This document shows, piece by piece, positions 47,303 through 56,325 of a stretch of DNA of 63,035 bases. The stretch comes from Bacteroidaceae bacterium. Lineage in GTDB: Bacteria > Bacteroidota > Bacteroidia > Bacteroidales > Bacteroidaceae. Location: contig JAZRVZ010000167.1 in the NCBI GenBank assembly GCA_045599425.1, positions 1 through 63,035 on the forward strand. The letters are read 5' to 3'. The notes beneath the pieces were generated by a model. The model was given only the letters and a program-made list of their open reading frames with translations, ran no database searches and was not told the DNA's origin. Position 1 is the stretch's first letter; the number at the start of each line of letters is the position of its first letter. The position numbers were made by a program, and so were the translations under genes.

Positions 47303-47412
47303 TCCGCCGGTCGGTTTGTCCGGGTCCTTATGGCGATTTGCCCAGGTCCTTATGGCGATTTGCCCAGGTTACTATAGTGACAAGGCCGGATCGCTATAGC
47401 GACTTCACCGTC
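47303..47412. repeat. 22-bp tandem repeat array (5 units), related to the array at 29397-29528
   Basis: TCCTTATGGCGATTTGCCCAGG occurs twice exactly (47325-47368), with degenerate 22-bp units either side. It shares the GATTTGCCCA(A/G)GT core with the first array, in the same absolute orientation. Confidence 0.85.
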
Positions 47413-47597
47413 CAGCCTTGGCTGGCAGCATGGAGCGACAGGCTGTGTGGGTGGGCAAGGTGGTGCGTTGTTCCGGGAAGGGTATGTGACGGGGGTGGGA
47501 CGGCCGTCTGCTGTTACCTGACGTTAACAGATGCCCCGTTGTGTTAATAATTGGGAAAAAAGTACCCCGTATAGTACCAACCAATAAACTTTTGTGT

Positions 47598-47605
47598 TAT
47601 TTTTG
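47598..47605 (+). promoter_or_regulatory. -7 box TATTTTTG for htrA
   Basis: TAnnTTTG, 40 nt upstream of the ATG at 47645. Confidence 0.5.
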
Positions 47606-47644
47606 CGTCCGAATTTCAGAGACGGAACAAGACAGACATACGAT

Positions 47645-49111
47645 ATGAAGACAACAACGAATTGTTTATGTGCGGCCATGCTGGCATTGACGCTGGGCAT
47701 GGGTGCCCTGCCCCTTGAGGTGCAGGCGGTACAGCCGGTGGCTGGCCTGGTGGACCTGACCACCGCAGCCGAGAGCAGTGTGAACAGTGTGGTGTATATC
47801 AAGGTGGTAACGGGCGGCCAGACGCAGACGGTGACCGTGCAGGATCCCTTCGAGGATTTCTTCGGTGACTTCTTCGGCTTTGGCGGTGGCGGTCGTGGCC
47901 GCGGCCAGCAGCGCCAGGTCCAGACCCCCAAGCGTGAGGCTGCCGGAAGTGGTGTGATCATCAGTCGGGACGGCTACATCGTGACCAACAACCACGTTGT
48001 GCGTGACGCCAATGAGATCACCGTGAAGCTGAACGACAACCGGGAGTTCACGGGACGCATCATCGGCCTGGATGAGAACACCGACCTGGCCCTCATCAAG
48101 ATTGATGCCAAGGATCTGCCCGCCATCAAGATTGGCAACAGCGACGACCTGAAACTGGGTCAGTGGGTGCTGGCAGTTGGCAATCCCTTCAACCTGACCA
48201 GTACCGTGACGGCCGGCATCGTCAGTGCCAAGGCCCGCAGCCTGGGTGCGAACGGCATTGAAAGTTTCATACAAACGGATGCAGCCATCAATGCCGGTAA
48301 CAGCGGTGGCGCCCTGGTTAACGAGAAGGGTGAGCTGGTAGGCATCAATGCCATGCTGTACAGTCAGACGGGCAGCTACAGCGGCTATGGATTTGCCATT
48401 CCCACGACCATCATGAACAAGGTGGTGGCCGACCTGAAGGAGTTCGGTACCGTGCAGCGTGCCCTGCTGGGCGTACGTGGTTCGGATGTGACGAACTACA
48501 TCGACAGCGAGAAGTCCAAGGGCAACGAGGTTGACCTGGGAACCGTGACCGGCGTCTATGTGGATGCCGTGACCGAGGGCAGTGCGGCTGAGGAGGCTGA
48601 CCTGAAGAAGGGAGATGTGGTAACGAAGATCAACGGAAAGAATATCAGTAAGATGGCAGAGATGCAGGAGGCACTCTCGCAGTATCGCCCAGGCGACAAG
48701 GTGAGCATTACCTACCTGCGTGACAAGAAGGAGCACACGAAGAACGTCACCCTGCGCAACTCACAGGGCAACACCACCGTGATGAAGGAGGTGGATATCG
48801 ATGACTACGGCGTGCAGCTCACCCCCATCACCCAGAAGGAGCGCGGTACCTATGACATCAACTACGGCCTGCTGGTCAGCAACATCAGGAAGGGCAAGCT
48901 GATGGATGCCGGCATCACCAAGGGCATGATCATCCTGATGGTGAACGATGAGAAGATGACCAGTCTGGAGGACTGGGAAGAGGTGGTAAGAAATGCCAAC
49001 AAGAGCAAGGATCGCACGCTTTGGATCCGTGCGCTGACTCCCAGTGGCCGCAAGGCCAGCTTCGTCGTTGAGATGGAGGAGGAAAAGGCGAGGGTAAAGA
49101 GTGAAAAGTAG
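47645..49111 (+). CDS. htrA: Do/DegQ/HtrA-family periplasmic serine endopeptidase
   Basis: Signal peptide, catalytic triad contexts TNNHVV, DLALIK and GNSGGAL, and two PDZ-like C-terminal domains. The start at 47645 is chosen over the TTG/ATG extension at 47594. Confidence 0.9.
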   Translation: MKTTTNCLCAAMLALTLGMGALPLEVQAVQPVAGLVDLTTAAESSVNSVVYIKVVTGGQTQTVTVQDPFEDFFGDFFGFGGGGRGRGQQRQVQTPKREAAGSGVIISRDGYIVTNNHVVRDANEITVKLNDNREFTGRIIGLDENTDLALIKIDAKDLPAIKIGNSDDLKLGQWVLAVGNPFNLTSTVTAGIVSAKARSLGANGIESFIQTDAAINAGNSGGALVNEKGELVGINAMLYSQTGSYSGYGFAIPTTIMNKVVADLKEFGTVQRALLGVRGSDVTNYIDSEKSKGNEVDLGTVTGVYVDAVTEGSAAEEADLKKGDVVTKINGKNISKMAEMQEALSQYRPGDKVSITYLRDKKEHTKNVTLRNSQGNTTVMKEVDIDDYGVQLTPITQKERGTYDINYGLLVSNIRKGKLMDAGITKGMIILMVNDEKMTSLEDWEEVVRNANKSKDRTLWIRALTPSGRKASFVVEMEEEKARVKSEK

Positions 49112-49164
49112 GTTCGCCATCGCAGGAAGGTCTGATACAAAGATCTTTTAATTATAAATTAAAC

Positions 49165-49195
49165 GCCCGAAAGTTTTGTGCTTTCGGGCTTTTTT
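49165..49195 (+). terminator. intrinsic terminator after htrA
   Basis: GCCCGAAAG-ttttgtg-CTTTCGGGC followed by T6. Confidence 0.75.
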
Positions 49196-49197
49196 CG

Positions 49198-49205
49198 TAC
49201 TTTTG
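49198..49205 (+). promoter_or_regulatory. -7 box TACTTTTG for rpoD
   Basis: TAnnTTTG, 24 nt upstream of the ATG at 49229. Confidence 0.5.
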
Positions 49206-49228
49206 CGCGCAAATTGATAAATAGGCTT

Positions 49229-50089
49229 ATGAGACAATTAAAGATTACCAAGAGTATCACCAACCGCGAGAGTGCCTCGCTGGACAAGTATCTGCAGGAA
49301 ATCGGTCGTGAGGAACTGATCACCGTGGAGGAGGAGGTTGAGCTGGCACAGCGCATCCGCAAGGGTGATCGCGAGGCCCTGGAGCGCCTGACGCGTGCCA
49401 ATCTGCGCTTCGTGGTCAGTGTGGCCAAGCAATACCAGAACCAGGGACTCAGTCTGCCGGACCTGATCAACGAGGGTAACCTCGGACTGATCAAGGCTGC
49501 GGAGAAGTTTGACGAGACCCGCGGCTTCAAGTTTATCTCATACGCGGTATGGTGGATCCGCCAGAGCATCCTGCAGGCCCTGGCCGAGCAGAGCCGTATC
49601 GTCCGTCTGCCTCTGAACCAGGTAGGTTCGCTGTACAAGATCAGCAAGGCGCTGAGCAAGTTTGAGCAGGAGAACGAGCGTCGTCCCAGTCCCGAGGAGC
49701 TGGCCATGGAGCTGGATCTGCCCGTGGACAAGGTAAGCGATACGCTGAAGGTCAGCGGCCGTCACATCTCCGTGGATGCCCCCTTCGTGGAGGGTGAGGA
49801 CAACAGTCTGCTGGATGTGCTGGTCAACGATGACAGTCCCATGGCGGACAGGACCCTGGTGGGCGAGTCGCTGCACCGTGAGATCGACCGTGCGCTGAGT
49901 ACCCTGAGCGAGCGTGAGAAGGAGATCATCCAGATGTTCTTCGGCATCGACCATCAGGAGATGACGCTGGAGGAGATCGGCGACCGCTTCAATCTGACCC
50001 GTGAGCGTGTACGTCAGATCAAGGAGAAGGCCATCCGCCGTCTGCGCCAGAACAGCAAGAGCAAACTGCTGAAGACCTACCTGGGATAG
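49229..50089 (+). CDS. rpoD: primary RNA polymerase sigma factor (Bacteroidota sigma-A, short RpoD)
   Basis: [15 protein letters not shown].., region 2 ([52 protein letters not shown]) and region 4 ([12 protein letters not shown]...[21 protein letters not shown]). Confidence 0.92.
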   Translation: MRQLKITKSITNRESASLDKYLQEIGREELITVEEEVELAQRIRKGDREALERLTRANLRFVVSVAKQYQNQGLSLPDLINEGNLGLIKAAEKFDETRGFKFISYAVWWIRQSILQALAEQSRIVRLPLNQVGSLYKISKALSKFEQENERRPSPEELAMELDLPVDKVSDTLKVSGRHISVDAPFVEGEDNSLLDVLVNDDSPMADRTLVGESLHREIDRALSTLSEREKEIIQMFFGIDHQEMTLEEIGDRFNLTRERVRQIKEKAIRRLRQNSKSKLLKTYLG

Positions 50090-50092
50090 TAT

Positions 50093-50623
50093 ATGAAGAG
50101 ATTGCTAAGATATATCTGTCTGCTGCTGTTTGTTGCAGTGGCGGCGGAAGCCAGCGCGGAGAAGAAGCCCGTGATGCAGAAGGTGTATATGTTTGGCTTC
50201 GCCTCTTCCTTCACCGACTCCCTGGCCTATCTGACGGAGGTGCAGGAACTGGATTCGGTCTGCGTCATGCCCAATGGCTTCCTGGCCGACAGGTCGCTGT
50301 ACAGCCTGCAGCTGTATGGATTCGTCAATGAGCAGCGTGGGGTGGCCTATCCCACGGCGGCCGTCTTCTTTGACGTCAAGTCCAAGAAGCTGGCCAAGAG
50401 GTACCAGAAGATCAAGCGCATGTACCAGGATAATCCCAACGTGAAACTGGTCGTGCTCACCAGGGAGGAGTTTGGCTTCCGCCCCGAGGAGTATATGGAA
50501 TCCATCGTGATGGAGGCTGACGGAGAGAATGGGGAAGGGGACACTCCGGAGAAGGAGGAGTCTGCTGACGGAAAGAAGAAGACTAAGAAGCAGAAGAAGG
50601 ACAAGAAAGGAGGCGGACGATGA
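50093..50623 (+). CDS. secreted protein with acidic/lysine-rich tail (176 aa), function unknown
   Basis: Signal peptide and a C-terminal DGENGEGDTPEKEESADGKKKTKKQKKDKKGGGR tail. It starts 3 nt after the rpoD stop, and its own stop overlaps the next gene's ATG (ATGA). Confidence 0.65.
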   Translation: MKRLLRYICLLLFVAVAAEASAEKKPVMQKVYMFGFASSFTDSLAYLTEVQELDSVCVMPNGFLADRSLYSLQLYGFVNEQRGVAYPTAAVFFDVKSKKLAKRYQKIKRMYQDNPNVKLVVLTREEFGFRPEEYMESIVMEADGENGEGDTPEKEESADGKKKTKKQKKDKKGGGR

Positions 50624-51510
50624 GCAGTGTGCTGCGTTGCCGGGTGGCCGGCCATGTGCTGGCCGTCGAGTTCTGTGATGCACACAATGATGCGTCCCTG
50701 CTGCCTTCCTTCAGACCGTTTGAACTGACGGCCGAGGAGGTGGCAGAGCCTGTGCTTTCCGTGAGTGTGCGCGACGATTTTGATTTCGAGACCCTCGGAC
50801 GTGAGGTCGGTCAGTTTGACTGTGGCGGCTGCAACCATGGCGTGTATGTCCTGGAGGACGGTTCCTACCAGTTTGTGGTGAGTGACGTGGCAGGCCGGGT
50901 CTGCTCCCTGATGCAGGGAAATCCTGACTTCAGCCGTTGTGTGGTGGCCCTCAGGGGCGAGACTTTCAGCCAGCGCAACTTTGGCCTGAACAATGCCATG
51001 ATGATGGCATTTGCCTTCTGCTTTGCCACGCAGGGTACCCTGCTGGTTCATGCCAGCGTGATCCGCAAGGACGGTTACGGATACCTGATGACGGCTCCCA
51101 GCGGCACGGGCAAGAGTACCCATACCCACCTGTGGTACAAGAATATACCGGGATGCGACCTGATGAATGATGACAATCCCGTGGTGCGTGTGCTGGAGGA
51201 TGGCGAGGTGGTGATCTATGGCAGTCCATGGAGCGGCAAGACCCCCTGCTACCGTAACATTCAGGCTCCCGTGGGTGCCTTTGTGCGCATCCAGCAGCGT
51301 CCGCGCAATGAGATCCGCCGGATGTCTTCCATCGAGGCCTTCACCACGCTGTTGCCTGCCGTGAGCAGCATGAAGTGGGATTCCCGTGTGTACAAGGGCG
51401 TCTGCAGCACCATCAGTGCCGTGGTAGGCAGGGTGGGTGTGTATGAGCTGGGTTGCCTGCCTGATGCCGGTGCGGCCCATTTGTGCTATGAGACGGTAAG
51501 AAAGGTGTGA
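50620..51510 (+). CDS. HPr-kinase-related P-loop protein (HprK C-terminal-domain-like)
   Basis: LLVHASVIRKDGYGYLMTAPSGTGKSTHTHLW matches the HprK/PEPCK-like fold signature (HAS.V...G.G.L..G.SG.GKST). Confidence 0.7.
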   Translation: MSSVLRCRVAGHVLAVEFCDAHNDASLLPSFRPFELTAEEVAEPVLSVSVRDDFDFETLGREVGQFDCGGCNHGVYVLEDGSYQFVVSDVAGRVCSLMQGNPDFSRCVVALRGETFSQRNFGLNNAMMMAFAFCFATQGTLLVHASVIRKDGYGYLMTAPSGTGKSTHTHLWYKNIPGCDLMNDDNPVVRVLEDGEVVIYGSPWSGKTPCYRNIQAPVGAFVRIQQRPRNEIRRMSSIEAFTTLLPAVSSMKWDSRVYKGVCSTISAVVGRVGVYELGCLPDAGAAHLCYETVRKV

Positions 51511-51520
51511 GGGCAAGATA

Positions 51521-52051
51521 GTGAAGGAACTGGTCAAGCGTTTTCTGAGACTGATCTTTACGCCGTTGCGCAGGCACAAGCAGGCCCGTGACGGTGTGAT
51601 GGAGGCGACTCCGCGCAAGGAGTTTCCGAATGATGTGTTGCTGGGGCTGGTGAGCCGCGAGATTGCCGAAGGGCATAATGCCAAGATCATCGTCAAGGGC
51701 TTCAGTATGCGTCCCTTCCTGGAACATGAGCGCGACAAGGTGATCCTGGCTCCTGTCAGGGAACCGCTCAAGGTTGCGGATGCCGTGCTGGCCGAGATTG
51801 CGCCAGGCCATTATGTCCTCCATCGCATCATTGAGATTCAGGGAGAGCAGCTTACGCTGATGGGCGACGGAAATATCCGTGGAACGGAATCCTGCACGGT
51901 ACGGGATGTGCGCGGTGTGGTGACCCATTACATCCGTCCCAGGCGTACCCTGCTGGCAAGCGACAGGAAGCTGCAGCGCCGCATCCGCATCTGGAGGCGA
52001 CTGTTGCCTGTCAGGCGATACCTATTATTAATATATAAGAGTCTGGTTTAG
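51521..52051 (+). CDS. S24/S26-family peptidase with Ser-His (SipW/ER-type) dyad context
   Basis: KGFSMRPFL (the G.SM.P nucleophile motif) and YVLHRIIEI (VHRV-type general base instead of the Lys of LexA/SPase I). No N-terminal TM anchor. The start is GTG 51521 or ATG 51599. Confidence 0.6.
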   Translation: MKELVKRFLRLIFTPLRRHKQARDGVMEATPRKEFPNDVLLGLVSREIAEGHNAKIIVKGFSMRPFLEHERDKVILAPVREPLKVADAVLAEIAPGHYVLHRIIEIQGEQLTLMGDGNIRGTESCTVRDVRGVVTHYIRPRRTLLASDRKLQRRIRIWRRLLPVRRYLLLIYKSLV

Positions 52052-52157
52052 GACCGGCCGAAATAGGACCGGCCTAATGTGAACGACCAAATGTGACCGG
52101 CCGGGAGCGTATCGGCCGGGATAAGATAGAATGAATTAAGATAGATCAAAATAAGAC

Positions 52158-52424
52158 ATGAAGATCAAGAACGGTTTTGAGATGGTAGACCTTTGCGACG
52201 ATCACGTAATCGTGGCAACCGGTATGCAGAATATAGATTTCAGTAAGGTTATCAGCCTGAACGAGAGTGCGACCCTGATGTGGAAGGCCGTGGAAGGCAA
52301 GGAGTTCACTGTGGAGGATATGGCCAAGGCACTTACCGACGAGTACGAAGTGGATGAGGCTACCGCCCTGGCTGATGCCGGCAAGATTGCCCGGGAGTGG
52401 AAGGAAATCGGTCTGGTGGAGTAG
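52158..52424 (+). CDS. PqqD-family protein (RiPP recognition element-like)
   Basis: An 88-aa protein with ..LNESATLMWKAVEGKEFTVEDMAKALTDEYEVDEATALADAGKIAREWKEIGLV, the typical PqqD winged-helix pattern. Confidence 0.7.
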   Translation: MKIKNGFEMVDLCDDHVIVATGMQNIDFSKVISLNESATLMWKAVEGKEFTVEDMAKALTDEYEVDEATALADAGKIAREWKEIGLVE

Positions 52425-52566
52425 ACCCGCTGACGGAGGAATTCCCTCAGGTTTCCCGGCTTGCTGACATTGCGGTGGGACTGTCCCCCTCCCCTCCAAA
52501 GGCGTGACCATATAGAACAGACCATATAGAACCTACCTTAATAGAGCCCACCTATACGCTATCCTG

Positions 52567-53235
52567 ATGACAGACGTTCTTTCTGTGTTGCAGCAGTTGG
52601 GACACGCCTTGCGTATCCCGGCTTCATTCGTTATCATTGAGTTCATCGGCACGATGGCCTTTGCCATTTCCGGCATCCGACTGGCTTCTGCCAAGCGCTT
52701 TGACTTGTTTGGTGCACTGATTGTGGGCATGGCTACGGCCGTAGGCGGTGGTACCTTGCGTGATATAATGCTGGGAATCACGCCCTTCTGGCTGACCAAC
52801 AAGATCTATATCATCTGTTGCATCATCTCACTTCTCTGGGTGATGGCTTTCCGGAAGTATATGATCCGGCAGAACAATACCTGGTTCATCTTCGACTCCA
52901 TCGGACTGGCACTCTTCAATGTGATTGGTATTGAGAAGACGCTCAATATGGATTATCCCTATTGGACTGCCGTTGTCATGGGTTGCATCACGGGTGCCGG
53001 CGGAGGTGTCATCCGCGACGTCTTCCTGAATGAGGTTCCCCTCATCTTCCGCAAGGAGATCTATGCCGTGGCCTGCATCCTGGGTGGAGTGGTCTATGTC
53101 ACCTGTCATGCGGCCTTCGGAATGAATGCCGAACTGAATGCCCTCTTCAGCAGCGTCGTGGTCATTGTAATCCGTGTCCTGGCCGTGAAGTACCAGTGGC
53201 ATCTGCCTGTGCTGAAGGGGGAGGAAGGGAGCTGA
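52567..53235 (+). CDS. trimeric intracellular cation channel (TRIC/UPF0126, YadS-like) family protein
   Basis: Seven-TM protein with two internal repeats, each carrying GGG..RD (ATAVGGGTLRDIM and TGAGGGVIRDVF). Confidence 0.75.
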   Translation: MTDVLSVLQQLGHALRIPASFVIIEFIGTMAFAISGIRLASAKRFDLFGALIVGMATAVGGGTLRDIMLGITPFWLTNKIYIICCIISLLWVMAFRKYMIRQNNTWFIFDSIGLALFNVIGIEKTLNMDYPYWTAVVMGCITGAGGGVIRDVFLNEVPLIFRKEIYAVACILGGVVYVTCHAAFGMNAELNALFSSVVVIVIRVLAVKYQWHLPVLKGEEGS

Positions 53236-53278
53236 AAACGGAAATAGAAGCCTATCGGCAGTGAACAACTTCCAGCTT

Positions 53279-54517
53279 TCAATTGTCCATTTTCAGTTCG
53301 TAGAAGCCGACCAGTCTGTCATACCTTCCGCCGGGTTCCTTGTAATAGACCCAGATCTGGTAGTCGTTGAGGGTCTGGTAGAAGTTGCCGTCGGTCTGGG
53401 CTGAAGTGGACTTCCTGCCTTCCCACTGCAGGAAACGGTAGTCGTAGTAGCCTTGCTTGAGGAGTATGGCAGCCTGATACTCACCGTCTTCCGTGTTGTA
53501 TTCCATCTTGTATTCGTCCGACGGCCACTGGTTGACCCAGTTTCCGTGTACATACAGGGGGGCGCCGTTCAGGGGAGGGGTCTTGAGCCTGAAGTGCACG
53601 TAGGCGTACTCGCTTTCCGTGTCCTGGTTCTCATTGTATCTGTTGTCAATCATGTGGGAACCGTTCCTGTCGGTCTCCAGGGAATAGTGGCGGGTTGGAA
53701 ATTCCTCGTTGAGCGTGACATGGTAGTAGGGGTCGTACCAGCGTATGTTGTCCACTCCTGCGTTGACTCCCCGCAGGTTAAGTAGCTCAAAACTGTGGCA
53801 CTCGTTTCCGCCAGGGAAGATCAGGTCGGTCTGGTGGCTGAACTGCACGCCCGTGTTGTTCTGCATGTTGGGATGCACCTCCCGCATCAGGTCCTGCCGG
53901 CGGTTCTGTGTGACCAGTACTTTCAGCTCGCGCTTCGGGTCGTTAACGCGAAGGCCGTTGTATCTCAGGTCGATGGCAAGCTGCTGATGTTGCTGCTGGA
54001 AGTCGATGTCCGTATTGCCGCTTACCGTGGCACTGATCCCGACTTCCTGCTTTACCAGACAGAACTCGGCCTTCAGCACGGGATTGTCCCTGTCGTCCTC
54101 GTCGTACACGGTGACGCGGTAGTTGCCTGACAGGAGAAGACGGGCCTCCTGGTTGGGCAGGGTAAGGCTGTAGTGGGTGTAGATCTGTGTGGTGTTGAAG
54201 CTCTTCTCGCTGTCTTCAATGAGCTGGTCGTTCAGCCCGGCCAGGTAGTCCGACTCAAAGATGTATTCGCTCACCGTCCAGTCTGCCTCGCAATGGTCAA
54301 TGTGGTAGCGCAACCGACGGTAATCGTGGCTCATTTCGTCAAAGCCGATCTCAATGTGTCCCACCTTCCTGGTGCCAAGGACGGGAGGAAGCAGGACGTC
54401 CCCTCCTGCAATGAGTTGCAGGGAGCGGAAGTTGTCAGTGTCATAGATCAGATTCTGCTGGGCAAAAGTGTGAAGGCCGAGGCAGAACAGGATAAGCAGG
54501 ATTGAAAGGTGCTTCAC
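53279..54517 (-). CDS. DUF5103-family protein (T9SS plug protein-like)
   Basis: Signal peptide ..HTFA|QQ. The segment IEIGFDEMSHDYRRLRYHIDHCEADWTVSE..YLAG.ND...SGNYRVTVYDEDD matches my recollection of the DUF5103 / T9SS_plug first domain. Confidence 0.55.
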   Translation of the reverse strand: MKHLSILLILFCLGLHTFAQQNLIYDTDNFRSLQLIAGGDVLLPPVLGTRKVGHIEIGFDEMSHDYRRLRYHIDHCEADWTVSEYIFESDYLAGLNDQLIEDSEKSFNTTQIYTHYSLTLPNQEARLLLSGNYRVTVYDEDDRDNPVLKAEFCLVKQEVGISATVSGNTDIDFQQQHQQLAIDLRYNGLRVNDPKRELKVLVTQNRRQDLMREVHPNMQNNTGVQFSHQTDLIFPGGNECHSFELLNLRGVNAGVDNIRWYDPYYHVTLNEEFPTRHYSLETDRNGSHMIDNRYNENQDTESEYAYVHFRLKTPPLNGAPLYVHGNWVNQWPSDEYKMEYNTEDGEYQAAILLKQGYYDYRFLQWEGRKSTSAQTDGNFYQTLNDYQIWVYYKEPGGRYDRLVGFYELKMDN

Positions 54518-54592
54518 GGTCAGATTCAGTGTTTTTTCGAAAGATGTTACCTTAATTGATGGGTATGGAGGGAATAGTGTGAAATGAATGAT

Positions 54593-55492
54593 TTATGCTT
54601 TCATCTTTCCATTTTCCATTTTCAGTTCTCTTGGCCTCACGACCCGGATGCCGAGCTGTGAGGGATGCTTGCCCATGTATTCGTAGAGGGTCATGGGTTC
54701 CAGGACCACCTTGTGGTGGATGCTGCTGGCATTGAGGAGGTGCAGTTTGCCGTCCTTGCCCCAGACCGCCAGGCCAAGGTGGGAAACGTCCAGTCCGTCC
54801 TTCTTCGTGACAATGGCAAGGATGTCCCCGTCGTGGATGCAGCCCAGGACGTCCTTTCCCTTGTCCAGCATGCTGCGGGGAATATAGCGGATGACCTGTC
54901 CGCTGGCTTCCTTCTCGTATTTCGTGATGAGCGCCAGCTGGCTCTTGTCGTGCCTGAGCATGGGGTAGGAGCCGGGATGGGCCGTCATGTAATGGAGGTC
55001 CGTCTTCTTGGTGGCGATGAAGGGCGAGTGGTTCTTGCCGGCCTCTCCCTGCAGTTCGGTGACCAGACCCATCTTGTGGTTGCTGATGCACCATTGTGTG
55101 AAATAATGGTTGCGCGAGGCGTAGCCGTCCAGTTTGCCGTTGCGGTAGCGGATGCGTTCCAGCCAGTAGCAGAAATCCTCGAAGCGCGTGCTTTTCTGCT
55201 GCGTGGCAAAGCTCAGTGCGACCACATTGTCAACCAGCGTGGCGCAATCCAGCTGGGTCAGGTTGACAGCCAGCTGCTCGGTGGGGTTGAATTCCAGTGT
55301 CGATGCCACATAGGGCAGGCCTTTCAGCTGATTGGCATAATAGATTGTGAGACAGGTGCCCTTGGGCTGCTCCAGACCGCCTTTGAGGAGTCTCTCAACC
55401 GTAATGCTGTCCTGTTTGGTATAGATCACGGCCTGTGCCTTGGCATAGGCCAGGGAAAGGATGGCGATACAAAGGATTCTGATTGATTTCAT
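54593..55492 (-). CDS. DUF1460 (N-acetylmuramoyl-L-alanine amidase-like) domain protein
   Basis: Signal peptide ..AKA|QA and the motifs YVASTLE....E.L.VNL..LDC.T.V. Confidence 0.6.
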   Translation of the reverse strand: MKSIRILCIAILSLAYAKAQAVIYTKQDSITVERLLKGGLEQPKGTCLTIYYANQLKGLPYVASTLEFNPTEQLAVNLTQLDCATLVDNVVALSFATQQKSTRFEDFCYWLERIRYRNGKLDGYASRNHYFTQWCISNHKMGLVTELQGEAGKNHSPFIATKKTDLHYMTAHPGSYPMLRHDKSQLALITKYEKEASGQVIRYIPRSMLDKGKDVLGCIHDGDILAIVTKKDGLDVSHLGLAVWGKDGKLHLLNASSIHHKVVLEPMTLYEYMGKHPSQLGIRVVRPRELKMENGKMKA

Positions 55493-55551
55493 CTGGCTTT
55501 CTTTCTTGCTGGTCTGGAAGGGTCATTCCTTTCTGACAGGTCTGAAAAGGG

Positions 55552-56250
55552 TTATTCCTTCTCCTTCAGTTCCTTCCAGTAATGTTCTACGTTGTTCATC
55601 TGCCTGAGAATCTGTCGCTGCCTCTTCAGTATGTAGGCGGATGGATTCCTGCTGCTGAATTTGCGGGGATTGGGAAGGGTGCCGGCAATGAGTGCGCACT
55701 GGGCCCGCGTCAGTTCTGACGGTTCGCAATGAAAATGTTCGTCAGCCACGGCGCTGACGCCATAGATGCCATCGCCCATCTCAATGGAATTCAGGTAGAT
55801 TTCCATGATGCGCTCCTTGCCCCAGATGTTTTCGATGAGGAAGGTGAAGTAGACCTCGAAACCCTTCCGTATCCAGGTTGATGCCGGCCAGAGGAACACA
55901 TTCTTGGCTGTCTGCTGGCTGATGGTGCTGGCACCGCGACGACGCTTGCCCTGGGCTGCCTCCTTGCGGGCCTGCTCAATGGCCTTCATGTCAAAGCCGT
56001 TGTGCCGGGTGAAGAGCTGGTCCTCGGAGGCAATGACTGCCACGGGCAGGCTGGCGGGCATTTCCTCCAGGGGAATCCACCGGTGACTGCACTTGGCGGG
56101 ACATCCCTCGCGTTTCATCTCAATGCTGCGGATAAGCATCAGCGGTGTGCAGTACACGGGAACCCACTTGTATATTAAAACAGTTAGGATTGTGCTTCCA
56201 AAGAACAGAAGCACAATCCATAACAGTATCTTACGCAGTTTCTTCTTCAT
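55552..56250 (-). CDS. mtgA: monofunctional biosynthetic peptidoglycan transglycosylase
   Basis: N-terminal TM helix, then GT51 motifs [29 protein letters not shown] and [23 protein letters not shown]. Confidence 0.88.
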   Translation of the reverse strand: MKKKLRKILLWIVLLFFGSTILTVLIYKWVPVYCTPLMLIRSIEMKREGCPAKCSHRWIPLEEMPASLPVAVIASEDQLFTRHNGFDMKAIEQARKEAAQGKRRRGASTISQQTAKNVFLWPASTWIRKGFEVYFTFLIENIWGKERIMEIYLNSIEMGDGIYGVSAVADEHFHCEPSELTRAQCALIAGTLPNPRKFSSRNPSAYILKRQRQILRQMNNVEHYWKELKEKE

Positions 56251-56325
56251 TGCGTAAAGGCTGGTTCAGGTTACTTTCAGGTGGCCGGTTTTTTTATCCC
56301 AGCCATGGACCTTCAACCGTAAACC

